Source of the DNA: an uncultured Fidelibacterota bacterium
GTDB lineage: Bacteria; Fidelibacterota; Marinisomatia; Marinisomatales; UBA1611
DNA length: 64,000 nt
Reading direction: 5' to 3'
Assembly (NCBI GenBank): GCA_913040915.1
Contig: CAJWHW010000006.1
Span: 13,727 to 77,726 of the forward strand
Shown: in pieces, positions 29,254 through 38,754 of the stretch
Layout of the letters: the number at the start of each line of letters is the position of its first letter
Position numbering within the stretch: the first letter of the stretch is position 1
Position numbers and translations under genes: made by a program
Notes under the pieces: model-generated
What the model saw: the letters and a program-made list of their open reading frames with translations, nothing else
Database searches by the model: none
Told to the model about the DNA's origin: nothing

Positions 29254-29796
29254 ATGGAAATCCCACTGCGAATTAGAATTCTTCTCTGGTGGAAGATTAT
29301 CTTTAGAAGAAAAAATAATCAATCAGAATTGGTAAAAATTGGAGAAGATGGACAGGGTGTAGCCACAATATTATTTTTGTTACCTGCAGAAAAAGAATAT
29401 GCCCAAATCGCAGGATATTTTGTTAAAGAAGATTTTGATAATCAATTGCGACAAATTCATTATGTAGTTCATGAAAATGGGTTGAGATTTTATCCAGATC
29501 AGTTAAAACCAAATATTATTACATTTAATGATAAAGATTTAAATTTTCTCGGAGAATTGGTATCAAAATCAATTTTAGACCGTATCCGATCCATTGAATA
29601 TGATGCACTGGTGGATCTTAATCAATCATTAGATCAGACATTGTCTCTATTATCTTTGGAGTTGGATATACCGGTTAAAATTGGTTTTCAATCACCCATT
29701 TCAGATAAACTTTATTCCCTTGAAATTCAAAAATCAACAAAAGGATTTTTAGAACAGACTTATGAAACTATTGAACGTTTGTTGGGTTTAGTATGA
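29254..29796 (+). CDS. Hypothetical protein
   Basis: 180-aa ORF with ATGA overlap into next gene; YDALVDLN...KIGF resembles a GT9-like N-terminal fold. Confidence 0.55.
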   Translation: MEIPLRIRILLWWKIIFRRKNNQSELVKIGEDGQGVATILFLLPAEKEYAQIAGYFVKEDFDNQLRQIHYVVHENGLRFYPDQLKPNIITFNDKDLNFLGELVSKSILDRIRSIEYDALVDLNQSLDQTLSLLSLELDIPVKIGFQSPISDKLYSLEIQKSTKGFLEQTYETIERLLGLV

Positions 29797-30926
29797 GAAT
29801 GATATTATTTGAAGATCAGTATACACCTAATTTGGAACCGATTATAATGACGCGACCCGTTTTTGATCTCCGATTTGGGTCAAATACGCTTTTAAATCGT
29901 GTTGCGAAAATATGTTCAGAGGATATAATTAGTTTTTGGGTCAGGGACGAGCTTTTAGAACGAACTGCTGAAATATATCCAGACACAATAATCAATAAAG
30001 TCCCCAACGAAGAAACTCTTTGGCTGAATGCTCGAGTTTTATGGACGCAGAAATTGATATCAGATTTAAAAAATTCTTCAGCAGGTATTTTCATGAATAG
30101 CAATAATTTAATTGGTGCAAAATTATCAAAGTCTGTCGCTGAAGAATGGCTTAAATCTGGTGGGCCATTATCTTTTTTCCCACCGGAGGGGGAAGTTCAC
30201 CACATTGATGATACAATTTTAATTAATTATTTATGGGATTTATTAGCATTAATTCCTAAGGCTGTAGAAGAATCAAAGATATCTAATTATATCTCACCAA
30301 AATTGAAATATGTCATTATTGATGAAAGTGAGGCTGATGTTTTTATAGATGAAGATGTAATCGTTGAACCATTCTCTTACCTCAAAGGGCCTCTTTACAT
30401 CGGGGAAAAAAGTATTATTTCATCGCATTCTAAAATCAGTAATTCAGTAATCGGATCCGGATGTAAAATTGGAGGTGAGGTTAGTGGCACGATCATTCAA
30501 GGTAATACGAATAAAGTACATGATGGGTTTCTCGGAGACAGTTATTTAGGTGAATGGGTTAATCTTGGCGCTGGGACAACCAACAGTAATTTAAAAAATA
30601 ATTACCAGCCTGTAGTTATGCAAGTAAATAAAGAGCTAGTCCGATCAGAACGCCAATTTTTGGGATCAATGATTGGAGATCATTCCAAAACAGCTATCGG
30701 TACTCAACTAAATACAGGTACAAATATTGGTGTTGGCTGTAATATTATGGCACAGACTTTTTCGGATCGCCATATTCCTTCGTTTACATTTTTCGATCAA
30801 GGGAAATATCAAGAAATAAATTTTAATAAATTTATTCAAACGGCAGAAATAGTGAAAAACCGTCGAAATAAATCCTTAAAACCCTGTGAAAAAAAGTTAT
30901 TAGAAACCTTATTTTTATCTCGGTAA
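29793..30926 (+). CDS. GlmU-like putative sugar nucleotidyltransferase with hexapeptide repeats
   Basis: TRPVFDLRFG; NKVHDGFLGDSYLGEWVNLGAGTTNSNLKNNY. Confidence 0.85.
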   Translation: MRMILFEDQYTPNLEPIIMTRPVFDLRFGSNTLLNRVAKICSEDIISFWVRDELLERTAEIYPDTIINKVPNEETLWLNARVLWTQKLISDLKNSSAGIFMNSNNLIGAKLSKSVAEEWLKSGGPLSFFPPEGEVHHIDDTILINYLWDLLALIPKAVEESKISNYISPKLKYVIIDESEADVFIDEDVIVEPFSYLKGPLYIGEKSIISSHSKISNSVIGSGCKIGGEVSGTIIQGNTNKVHDGFLGDSYLGEWVNLGAGTTNSNLKNNYQPVVMQVNKELVRSERQFLGSMIGDHSKTAIGTQLNTGTNIGVGCNIMAQTFSDRHIPSFTFFDQGKYQEINFNKFIQTAEIVKNRRNKSLKPCEKKLLETLFLSR

Positions 30927-30975
30927 AAGCCAACTCATCAATTATATTATCCGCCGATTTTAGAGGAAAAAACAA

Positions 30976-31377
30976 ATGCTTGAAGGCTTAATCTGCCCTG
31001 TTTGCGAAAATACAATTGAAGAGATAGATCTTAAAGAATCACTGAAATGTCCTCATTGTGCAGTTGATTTGAAAAACAGAAAATTCTTAGATTTTCTTGA
31101 GTTTCTCATGGCTAACGGTATTGTGGAAAATTTAGATTTTTTTGATCAGGAAGTTTACAGTGATGATGTAGATGATCTGGATCAAACAAAAGAAGAAGAG
31201 GGAGACCCCAGTGAATTTGAAAAAAAGAAAGATCTTTTTAATATATATGAGAATGAACTCCATCCTAAAAATGTTGAGGAAGATGAGGGAATCAAAGATT
31301 ATACTCAATTTGAAGGTATTAATGATGATTGGGAGGAGTTTAATGAACGGGATTTTTCAAAGTCCAGTGACAAATAG
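30976..31377 (+). CDS. Zinc-ribbon protein with acidic C-terminal tail
   Basis: CPVC...CPHC; D/E-rich tail; SD gagg. Confidence 0.6.
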   Translation: MLEGLICPVCENTIEEIDLKESLKCPHCAVDLKNRKFLDFLEFLMANGIVENLDFFDQEVYSDDVDDLDQTKEEEGDPSEFEKKKDLFNIYENELHPKNVEEDEGIKDYTQFEGINDDWEEFNERDFSKSSDK

Positions 31378-31385
31378 GACGTAAT

Positions 31386-31712
31386 ATGGAAGAAAAAAAG
31401 AAAAATGTTCAACAAATAAATATTGAGTTGGATGAAAAAATCAGTTCCGGTGAATATGCGAATTTTGTAGTGGTTACGCATTCACCTGCAGAATTTGTAT
31501 TAGACTTTACCAGGATTTTGCCTGGAGTACCTAAAGCAAAAGTTCATTCTAGAATTGTCATGGCTCCTCAGCATGCTAAAGCATTTTTGGGAGCTTTAAA
31601 TGATAATATTCAAAAATTTGAAGCGAAAAATGGGGAAATCAAAATGCCTAGCCGTGATGAAGGCTTTTCATCATTTGGTGTAAAACCACCAAATGACGTT
31701 CTTCCAAACTAA
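31386..31712 (+). CDS. DUF3467 family protein
   Basis: G.YAN..V..HS..EFVLDF...PG.P.AKV.SRIV..PQHAK. Confidence 0.85.
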   Translation: MEEKKKNVQQINIELDEKISSGEYANFVVVTHSPAEFVLDFTRILPGVPKAKVHSRIVMAPQHAKAFLGALNDNIQKFEAKNGEIKMPSRDEGFSSFGVKPPNDVLPN

Positions 31713-32311
31713 ACATATTTTTCAGGTAAATCACTTTCATACCATACCCAGGTATGGCCGCGCTTTAATTCTCTCATTTTTAAGATTACCCAAAAGGTAA
31801 GAACAATCCAAGCCACCGCGTAACCAAATAATGCACCTACTATAACATCTGCAGGGTAGTGTACCCCAACGTAGACTCTTGAAAAAGCAATAGTTATAGC
31901 TAAGATAAGAATCGGATATTTCATTTTGCTATAGAAGTAGGATAAAATAACAAATGAGGCAAACATATTGGCTGCGTGATTGGATGGCATACTCCATTTT
32001 CCTCCTTTTCCAACCAATAGATTCAAGTATTCTGTTAGTTCATGAGAAGGGCGAATTCGACTAAAATATGGTTTTAAGAGTTGTGCGGAAACAGCATCTG
32101 TGAGTCCCAAAGAAATGATTAAAATTATAAGGGTAATCCTACCTCTTTTCCCATTATAAAATAAAAGATAAAGAATCAGTGCTATGATAGGTACTATCCA
32201 ATTATCTTTATTGGTAATCAGAGGCATGAAAAGATCAAAAATTGGATTGGATAGAGATTGATTTATCCAAAACAGGATTATCACATCAATCGATTCTAAA
32301 ATTTGGTACAT
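31709..32311 (-). CDS. PAP2-family phosphatase
   Basis: K..F.R.RP, PSNHA, SRVYVGVHYPAD. Confidence 0.92.
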   Translation of the reverse strand: MYQILESIDVIILFWINQSLSNPIFDLFMPLITNKDNWIVPIIALILYLLFYNGKRGRITLIILIISLGLTDAVSAQLLKPYFSRIRPSHELTEYLNLLVGKGGKWSMPSNHAANMFASFVILSYFYSKMKYPILILAITIAFSRVYVGVHYPADVIVGALFGYAVAWIVLTFWVILKMRELKRGHTWVWYESDLPEKYV

Positions 32312-32395
32312 TTGATAAATTTAAACCTAATAGTGAAAATTTGAATTTTCTTTTCAGCTCAAATAATGGAAGTCAAAAAATGAATGAGGCTTTAT

Positions 32396-35300
32396 TTAAA
32401 ATCTTGTCTGAAGCCTAAGAAGGAGTACTCTGCCTAATGATGGACCGCCAATAATTTCTGTATGTTGATGATTTAAAACATTAGAGACAGTAAAATTTCC
32501 TTTTAAGTATTGATTAAATTCGTAACCCAGATGTAGGTCAAAAATTGTATAGGGTTTAATATTGCCAAAATAAATTCCTGATGACCACTTAAATCCATCT
32601 ACATACCGAGCATTTAATGATGCTGTAAATGGTGTCCGCCTCGGATTGAATTGTAGTTTCATCCCTGCTTTATGTCGAGGTGCATTGATTGGGTCTTTTG
32701 CCTTAGTGATAGGATTATAAAATTCTGTCATTCCTAAATGGGAATAAGTGAGATCCAATGACCATTCTAAATTTAAAATAGCTGTGATGCTAGCATCTAG
32801 TCCCCACATATCCACTTCGCCATAATTGATATAACCAACTACTACAGGAGGTGTATAACCAGGAATGGTATCCATAGCTGTGACTCCCTGGATACTTCCG
32901 CGCCAATGGTTAAATGCCTCATCATAATCATCTCTATCTATGATATTATCATTTTCAAGATCTTTGATCGTATTTATTAAACTATCGCCATCATAATCCG
33001 TTTCCAATACAGATTTTTCAATAACGATTGGTGTTATGAATGTAACAGGGCTAACAAAACTACTATAATGACTAGTATATAAATCAAGCGTACCAAAAAC
33101 TCTAGAGTTCAAGCGTCCCTTCCAGCCAAATTCCCAAGATTTAACTGTTTCTGCTTTGATTTCAGGTAAATCTGTAACTGTTTGTCCAAAAAACCCTGGA
33201 ATTTTTGGATCTGTGGATGGATAAAAGAAAATACTTTCACTGGTGTCAACCGGTTGATAATTGAATTCTTTGGTACTATAGTAATAAGGATTTCCCACTG
33301 AATCTTTTGGAAAAACATACCCGCCATCTGCACCACGAGCATACACTTTAAAGATTGAAACCCTAGTAACAAAAATGTCTAAAAATAAAGCCTGATTGGA
33401 AGGAGTATTAAAAGCTGTAGCCCAGGTCAGACGGAAATTCTGGTTTTCTTTAGGTCGGTATACTAAACCTATTTTAGGTGAAATTTGAATACCATCAGTT
33501 TGATCAAAATCAAAATTCCAATCAAAAGGACTATAGCCCATTCCATAGCCCTGATTATTAAATTCGATTAAATTAGTTAAGCGGTCATGGATATCAAACC
33601 GCGTAGCTTGAATAAATTCCCATTTTGGATTCAGTTTCCAATTGACCTGGTAATACGCGCCTAATTCATTCACCGTATAACGGTTGTCTTCGGCTGCTTC
33701 ATCTATACCTTCATCTATATTTTCATCAATCTTTCCATCACCATCATTATCTTTACCATCAGCATAGACTAAGAATCGTTGTCCGCCAAGCCATTGAACA
33801 CCTGGTTCAACAGTTTCTCCAAGTTCAAATTTTCCACTACCGTCTGCATCTACATAGTCAGGAATACCATTGCCATTCAAATCTTTAAAATCATCACTGT
33901 CCTGATCATTATCAAATCCATCTGCGATTGCTCCCAGGACTGAATCAGTCGAATCAGTTGGTGTACCGGTTGCTGTTCCATTTTCTGTTGCCCATCTTGT
34001 AAAGTTTTCTCCAGTGTCATACCAAGTATTATCATTTTTATCATAAAAAATATAAGGTGATCCAGATTCGCCAGTATTATTGTTATCCCTTTTATCAGAA
34101 AAATTTTTATCAGATAAAATAGTACCACGGGTATCCGGTAGAGTTAAAAAATAGTCTATACCCCAGACAAATCGTAAATCACCATTTTTCCATTCATTTA
34201 TATGCTGTAGTTGTGCACTGAATTTTTTTGATCTATCATAAATTATACTTCCTGTCGCAAGGTTACGCGTTGGTCGTTCTGGATCACCAGAATAACTAGT
34301 ATTTAAATAACTTTGTAAAAAGAAATTCTTATATCTTGCTTTGGCTTGATAATAGCGGTAGACCCAACCATCCGCAAGATAACGTGCGATTCCAGTAATA
34401 TTAATATTGCGTGCCCATGCATATCCATGTGATAAACTCATAGTGAGATCTGAGTTGGGTTCCCAGTCTAAGCGAAGATCATATCTATAATTTCTTACTT
34501 TGAATTCTGGGAAGTCATCTATCCCATCATCGTTTGCATCTGGATAAATATGTGGTAGCCCTCCGTAATCAATCGAAAAATCCTTTTCATCTTTTTCATC
34601 TACACCTATTTCCCCTATACTTGGTTTTCCATTCTCATCTAAATCGTTGAATTCAAATTGATCCCATTGACCATTCCCGTTTAAATCTGTGTAAGATTCA
34701 CCATCCCAAGTACCATTACCTTCACCATAATCATTTGTATTGCGTGTTAAATCTAAACCAAAATCTGCAAATAGCTCAGCATTGGTATAAGAGCCATCAC
34801 CATTTAAATCAGTAAATGGCTCTCCAGAATCATATGATCCATTTTCATTTGAATCTATAAAAGGTTCAGCATCGTCCCAAATACCATTTTCATTGGTATC
34901 AAAAAAAATTTCTGAAGAAGGAAAGCCATTTCCATCAAAATCTTCAAAATCTTCTTCTGGAACATCCCAGGGCTTATTGTTTGCATCAATATATAGACCC
35001 CAATCCCCGTCATCATCTAATCCATTTGATCCCCAGTCATCATCATAAATTCCATTTTGATTTGTATCAAATACAATATTTCCTTCTGAATCATATTTAT
35101 AATCTCCAAATCCAGACTTATGGGAGGAATCCATCACAGACCAGACTGAATCAGGACTGGAAAAAACTGTAAGATATGGATCACCTGTAATTGAACTTCC
35201 AAATCTGTCCAACCATGCACTCCCTATTTCATCTGATTCATCAACCAATCCATCTCTATCATTATCAACACCATCATACCATGCTTCAGGTTCATCATCA

Positions 35301-36562
35301 ATCCCAAGATCAATCCCTTCATCTATTGCACCGTCCCCATCATTGTCAATCCCATCTGCATAAACATTTCCAATCTGTTCTTCTGTAACAAACCAAAGAA
35401 CCATACCATTTTCTAATGTATATCGATTAAACTCATCATTAAGTGCTTCATCTACCATTTCCTGTGTAATTAATGGTGATCCATCTTCTCCACCAGAAGT
35501 TGCGATATAGTCACCCCAGTAACTTCCAATCCAATTTTCATTTGCTCCTTCAACAGCACTTATCATCTCCTGGGTAAATTTTGGAGAACCTGATTCACCT
35601 AATTGGCCACCACGATCAATACGGTCATGTTTCAGATTTGGTCGTCCAATAAATACAGGATCGTGACCTTCATACTCATCTTCATTATAATGTGTCCAAT
35701 CCTGTCCTGCCAGTGCGACTCCAGAAATTTTAAATCCAAAATCACCAAATTTATGTGCTGTACGAAATGTGAGTTTTTTCAATAAATCAGTATCTGTCTG
35801 ACTTAATAAACCACCTTGAATATTGATACTCGTTCCTTGAGTGCGAATAGGGGATGATGTGACTATATTTAATACGCCGCTATGGGCATTTGGTCCGTAG
35901 AGTGCTGATGCAGGCCCCAATACAACCTCAATTTGTTCCACATCTTCAAAAGAGACAGGAATGACGTTGTATGCGGTAAGTCTGAGAGAAGGTACATTTG
36001 CCATTCGTCCATCCGTCAAAGTTAAAAGACGGGAACTGAAGGATGAATTAAACCCACGAGCAGTCATATTATAACTGTCAATCCCGGATTGAGTGAAATC
36101 TATACCTTTCGTCCCTTTTAAATAATCCCCCAGATTGGTATTGCTTTCTCTTCTAATTTCTTTTTTTGAAATAACCGAAATAGCAGCAGGTGCATCTTCC
36201 ACTCTTTCTCTTCGTCTCGATGCAGTTACTACATAAGTCTCCATTTGAATTGTTTCTGGTATTAATTCCAGATCTTGAGTAAGGGTTTTACCCACTTCAA
36301 CAACCAAATCAATTTTGAGATTTTCATACCCAATATAAGTAACCATGAGAGTGTATTCACCCGGATCTACTTGAAAAATAGTATATTGACCATCGGTACT
36401 CGAAGCAGCTCCCTGTGCTGTGCCTTCCAGTACGACATTGGCACCCATGAGTGGTGAACCGTTAGTTTTATCTAAAACTTTTCCTGTAATGGTACCGTTT
36501 TGGGCAAAACTAGACCCACTAATTATGAACAGAGTTATTATTATTTTTCTTAATGGATTCAT
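32396..36562 (-). CDS. TonB-dependent receptor with carboxypeptidase-regulatory-like N-domain and large acidic loop insertions
   Basis: Signal peptide; ITGKV.D..G.PL.GANV; VVTASRR; plug IEVVLGPASALYGPNA; barrel end NVLN.QH...QTRF. Confidence 0.93.
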   Translation of the reverse strand: MNPLRKIIITLFIISGSSFAQNGTITGKVLDKTNGSPLMGANVVLEGTAQGAASSTDGQYTIFQVDPGEYTLMVTYIGYENLKIDLVVEVGKTLTQDLELIPETIQMETYVVTASRRRERVEDAPAAISVISKKEIRRESNTNLGDYLKGTKGIDFTQSGIDSYNMTARGFNSSFSSRLLTLTDGRMANVPSLRLTAYNVIPVSFEDVEQIEVVLGPASALYGPNAHSGVLNIVTSSPIRTQGTSINIQGGLLSQTDTDLLKKLTFRTAHKFGDFGFKISGVALAGQDWTHYNEDEYEGHDPVFIGRPNLKHDRIDRGGQLGESGSPKFTQEMISAVEGANENWIGSYWGDYIATSGGEDGSPLITQEMVDEALNDEFNRYTLENGMVLWFVTEEQIGNVYADGIDNDGDGAIDEGIDLGIDDEPEAWYDGVDNDRDGLVDESDEIGSAWLDRFGSSITGDPYLTVFSSPDSVWSVMDSSHKSGFGDYKYDSEGNIVFDTNQNGIYDDDWGSNGLDDDGDWGLYIDANNKPWDVPEEDFEDFDGNGFPSSEIFFDTNENGIWDDAEPFIDSNENGSYDSGEPFTDLNGDGSYTNAELFADFGLDLTRNTNDYGEGNGTWDGESYTDLNGNGQWDQFEFNDLDENGKPSIGEIGVDEKDEKDFSIDYGGLPHIYPDANDDGIDDFPEFKVRNYRYDLRLDWEPNSDLTMSLSHGYAWARNINITGIARYLADGWVYRYYQAKARYKNFFLQSYLNTSYSGDPERPTRNLATGSIIYDRSKKFSAQLQHINEWKNGDLRFVWGIDYFLTLPDTRGTILSDKNFSDKRDNNNTGESGSPYIFYDKNDNTWYDTGENFTRWATENGTATGTPTDSTDSVLGAIADGFDNDQDSDDFKDLNGNGIPDYVDADGSGKFELGETVEPGVQWLGGQRFLVYADGKDNDGDGKIDENIDEGIDEAAEDNRYTVNELGAYYQVNWKLNPKWEFIQATRFDIHDRLTNLIEFNNQGYGMGYSPFDWNFDFDQTDGIQISPKIGLVYRPKENQNFRLTWATAFNTPSNQALFLDIFVTRVSIFKVYARGADGGYVFPKDSVGNPYYYSTKEFNYQPVDTSESIFFYPSTDPKIPGFFGQTVTDLPEIKAETVKSWEFGWKGRLNSRVFGTLDLYTSHYSSFVSPVTFITPIVIEKSVLETDYDGDSLINTIKDLENDNIIDRDDYDEAFNHWRGSIQGVTAMDTIPGYTPPVVVGYINYGEVDMWGLDASITAILNLEWSLDLTYSHLGMTEFYNPITKAKDPINAPRHKAGMKLQFNPRRTPFTASLNARYVDGFKWSSGIYFGNIKPYTIFDLHLGYEFNQYLKGNFTVSNVLNHQHTEIIGGPSLGRVLLLRLQTRF
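34609..34957 (-). repeat. Protein-level ~15-aa tandem repeats E.F.D.N.NG.(W/Y)D inside the TBDR
   Basis: EIFFDTNENGIWDDA, EPFIDSNENGSYDSG, EPFTDLNGDGSYTNA, ESYTDLNGNGQWD; degenerate at the DNA level; bounds approximate. Confidence 0.8.
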
Positions 36563-36570
36563 ATTAGATA

Positions 36571-36603
36571 CTGAACAGCCCCGTAAAAAACGAGGCTGTT
36601 CAG
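36571..36603. terminator. Strong intergenic hairpin between the secreted-protein gene and the TBDR gene
   Basis: ctgaacagcc (36571-36580)/ggctgttcag (36594-36603) perfect 10-bp stem, extendable; no U-tract on the coding (minus) strand. Confidence 0.6.
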
Positions 36604-36634
36604 ATTATTTTTTAGACTTCAATAAGGGAAAGCA

Positions 36635-38425
36635 TTATTTCAATAACAGCATTTTTCCTTTTTGAATTCGATTATCGGAACGTACTTCATAGAAGTATAC
36701 ACCGCTCGGGACTTTATTCCCAAAATGATCAGTTCCAAACCAAGAGATATTATAGGTGCCGGCATCCAAACCTCCATTATGAAGTTTGGTCACTTCCTGA
36801 CCTAAGATTGAATAAATCGTGATTTGTACATCAGAAAATTTCTCCGTAGCAAACTTAATTTGCGTTGAAGGGTTGAATGGATTCGGATAGTTGCCATAGA
36901 CTTCAAATTTTTGAGCTATTGGTGCATCTTGGTCCATTGCTAATTGAGTATTTCCCCAAAATGTATTTACACGTTGAGTAGTATTATCTGGAATACAATT
37001 GTTATCAACTTCCATTACTAATCTACCCGTTTCATCATAGTCATTGTAATCCCAACCGGAATCATCTACTCCACATCCATCTTCATCTGGACAAGCATTC
37101 TCAACACCTATTAGCGTGAGAGTTGGTCCAGCTTCCATTACGTCTAAACAGGCCATTGGATCACCATAGTAGGCGAAACATTCATTAAACCAAGCAGTTA
37201 GTGTATCTCCAACACCTGCGGCAACAGCATCTGCATAAGGATCATCAAGATAAATCTCAGCAACTGAATCTGCAGCTGCAGTCGCAGAAAGATTTACGTC
37301 ATTAGTTGCAGTAAACCATTCTTCAAATACACCTGAGAACCAACCAGCAGCTTCCATAAAGTTATAGGTAAAGAAATAACCTGTAGGAGCTAAAGGCTCA
37401 TCTCCATTAAATGGTACACCATCATCACCAACTGGGTCGAACAAATAACCATGATTAACTTCAACTAAACCTGCAGGAATTGTGTCTCCAAAGATTGGAT
37501 CAATTTCATAACTATCTGGGTTTTCGGGATCAATTGGATGCCCTTGGCCACCTATCATTGGAGCAGAAAGAGTAGTATCACCAGTCCATCCTAGTTCATA
37601 CCAAAGGCTGGTATCAGGATGCAACCAGGCAAGGTAATCATCCATATTCCCAATTGTAACTGTATCGCCTGGTGAAACAGGAACTCCAGTCCAACCATTT
37701 AATTGACCATCTTCATTTACCCCAAGTCCACTTGCTGTGCCATCATGGGCTTCCCAATAAATTTCAAGTGCTGCCGGTGTTGTATGTTCAGCATCTGTAT
37801 AATCAATAGTAACCATACCCCAGTTTTCCATATCTGTACCTACACCATAATCTTGACCATACTGTCCATTCACAAGATCTGGTGCACCGAATTGAGCAAA
37901 AACTGAGGACAAAGAAATACCCCAGCCCATTGAATGCGCATATGGATGTTCTGGATCATCAGTGTGATCAAATCCAGGTGTGCTTGTCCATGTTCCTGCT
38001 TCAGCAACTTCTGGTACTGTCGCAAATGTAGAGCAATCTATTGTTTCGGTTGTTGGATACGTACTCCCATCATTGATTGTAAATGTTCCACCATCATTAA
38101 GATCCACATTCATCGCAACGCCCTGCCAGGCCAGAAGAGCCTCATTTATCAATGGTACGAGTACAACTGCGATGGTATCACCAACGTCATACTCTACCAA
38201 TGTATGGGTATAACCCAAGCCAGCAGCAGCTGCTGCTGAACTAGGCCATGATGCAGTCACTTCATAGCCTGCTTCTGCTGAATCTTCAGGACTGTCAAAT
38301 TCACGTACTTCATACGTGTATTCAACAATAGCCGCACCCAATTGCCAATTGGCTTGAATACTTTGGGAAAACAAAAGTCCCATAAAAAGCATTGTTGGAA
38401 GGAAATATTTGAGCATTTTATTCAT
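36635..38425 (-). CDS. Acidic secreted protein with FlgD-Ig/T9SS type A-like C-terminal domain
   Basis: Signal peptide, SD aggag; C-terminus NYPNPFNPST...LGQEV...W.G....G..VPSGVYFY...KMLLLK; ~480-aa body not recognised. Confidence 0.85.
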   Translation of the reverse strand: MNKMLKYFLPTMLFMGLLFSQSIQANWQLGAAIVEYTYEVREFDSPEDSAEAGYEVTASWPSSAAAAAGLGYTHTLVEYDVGDTIAVVLVPLINEALLAWQGVAMNVDLNDGGTFTINDGSTYPTTETIDCSTFATVPEVAEAGTWTSTPGFDHTDDPEHPYAHSMGWGISLSSVFAQFGAPDLVNGQYGQDYGVGTDMENWGMVTIDYTDAEHTTPAALEIYWEAHDGTASGLGVNEDGQLNGWTGVPVSPGDTVTIGNMDDYLAWLHPDTSLWYELGWTGDTTLSAPMIGGQGHPIDPENPDSYEIDPIFGDTIPAGLVEVNHGYLFDPVGDDGVPFNGDEPLAPTGYFFTYNFMEAAGWFSGVFEEWFTATNDVNLSATAAADSVAEIYLDDPYADAVAAGVGDTLTAWFNECFAYYGDPMACLDVMEAGPTLTLIGVENACPDEDGCGVDDSGWDYNDYDETGRLVMEVDNNCIPDNTTQRVNTFWGNTQLAMDQDAPIAQKFEVYGNYPNPFNPSTQIKFATEKFSDVQITIYSILGQEVTKLHNGGLDAGTYNISWFGTDHFGNKVPSGVYFYEVRSDNRIQKGKMLLLK

Positions 38426-38541
38426 ATTGCTTCTCCTTATTATGTTAGATTAATGAGAGAGAGTCTCTCGTTCTTTTATATAGAACGTACGCGGGAAACT
38501 ATATATACCATTGATAGAATTCAAAGACTTTTCCAAACAGA

Positions 38542-38667
38542 TTATTTAGGTCTTTTACTTTTTTCATAGCTATGTTTTCCCCACCATATCCATAAAGAAT
38601 AAAGAAAGATAATACTGCCGAGAACAAACATAATTTCTCGGATAATCCAAATAACTACATCATTCAT
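38542..38667 (-). CDS. Small single-TM membrane protein, 41 aa (below the ORF-track cutoff)
   Basis: MNDVVIWIIREIMFVLGSIIFLYSLWIWWGKHSYEKSKRPK*; fills an otherwise empty intergenic gap. Confidence 0.6.
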   Translation of the reverse strand: MNDVVIWIIREIMFVLGSIIFLYSLWIWWGKHSYEKSKRPK

Positions 38668-38754
38668 GATGGTTGGCGACTTTTGCTTATTGCCTTTAAA
38701 TTCATCACTTAAATTAACCTCATTATCTTATTTTATCTCCACTGGAAATTATAA

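Noticed and set aside
34609..34957. Periodic sequence as a CRISPR array or DNA tandem repeat
   Set aside because: Repeats are conserved only at the protein level within an open frame; no identical DNA repeats and no cas genes
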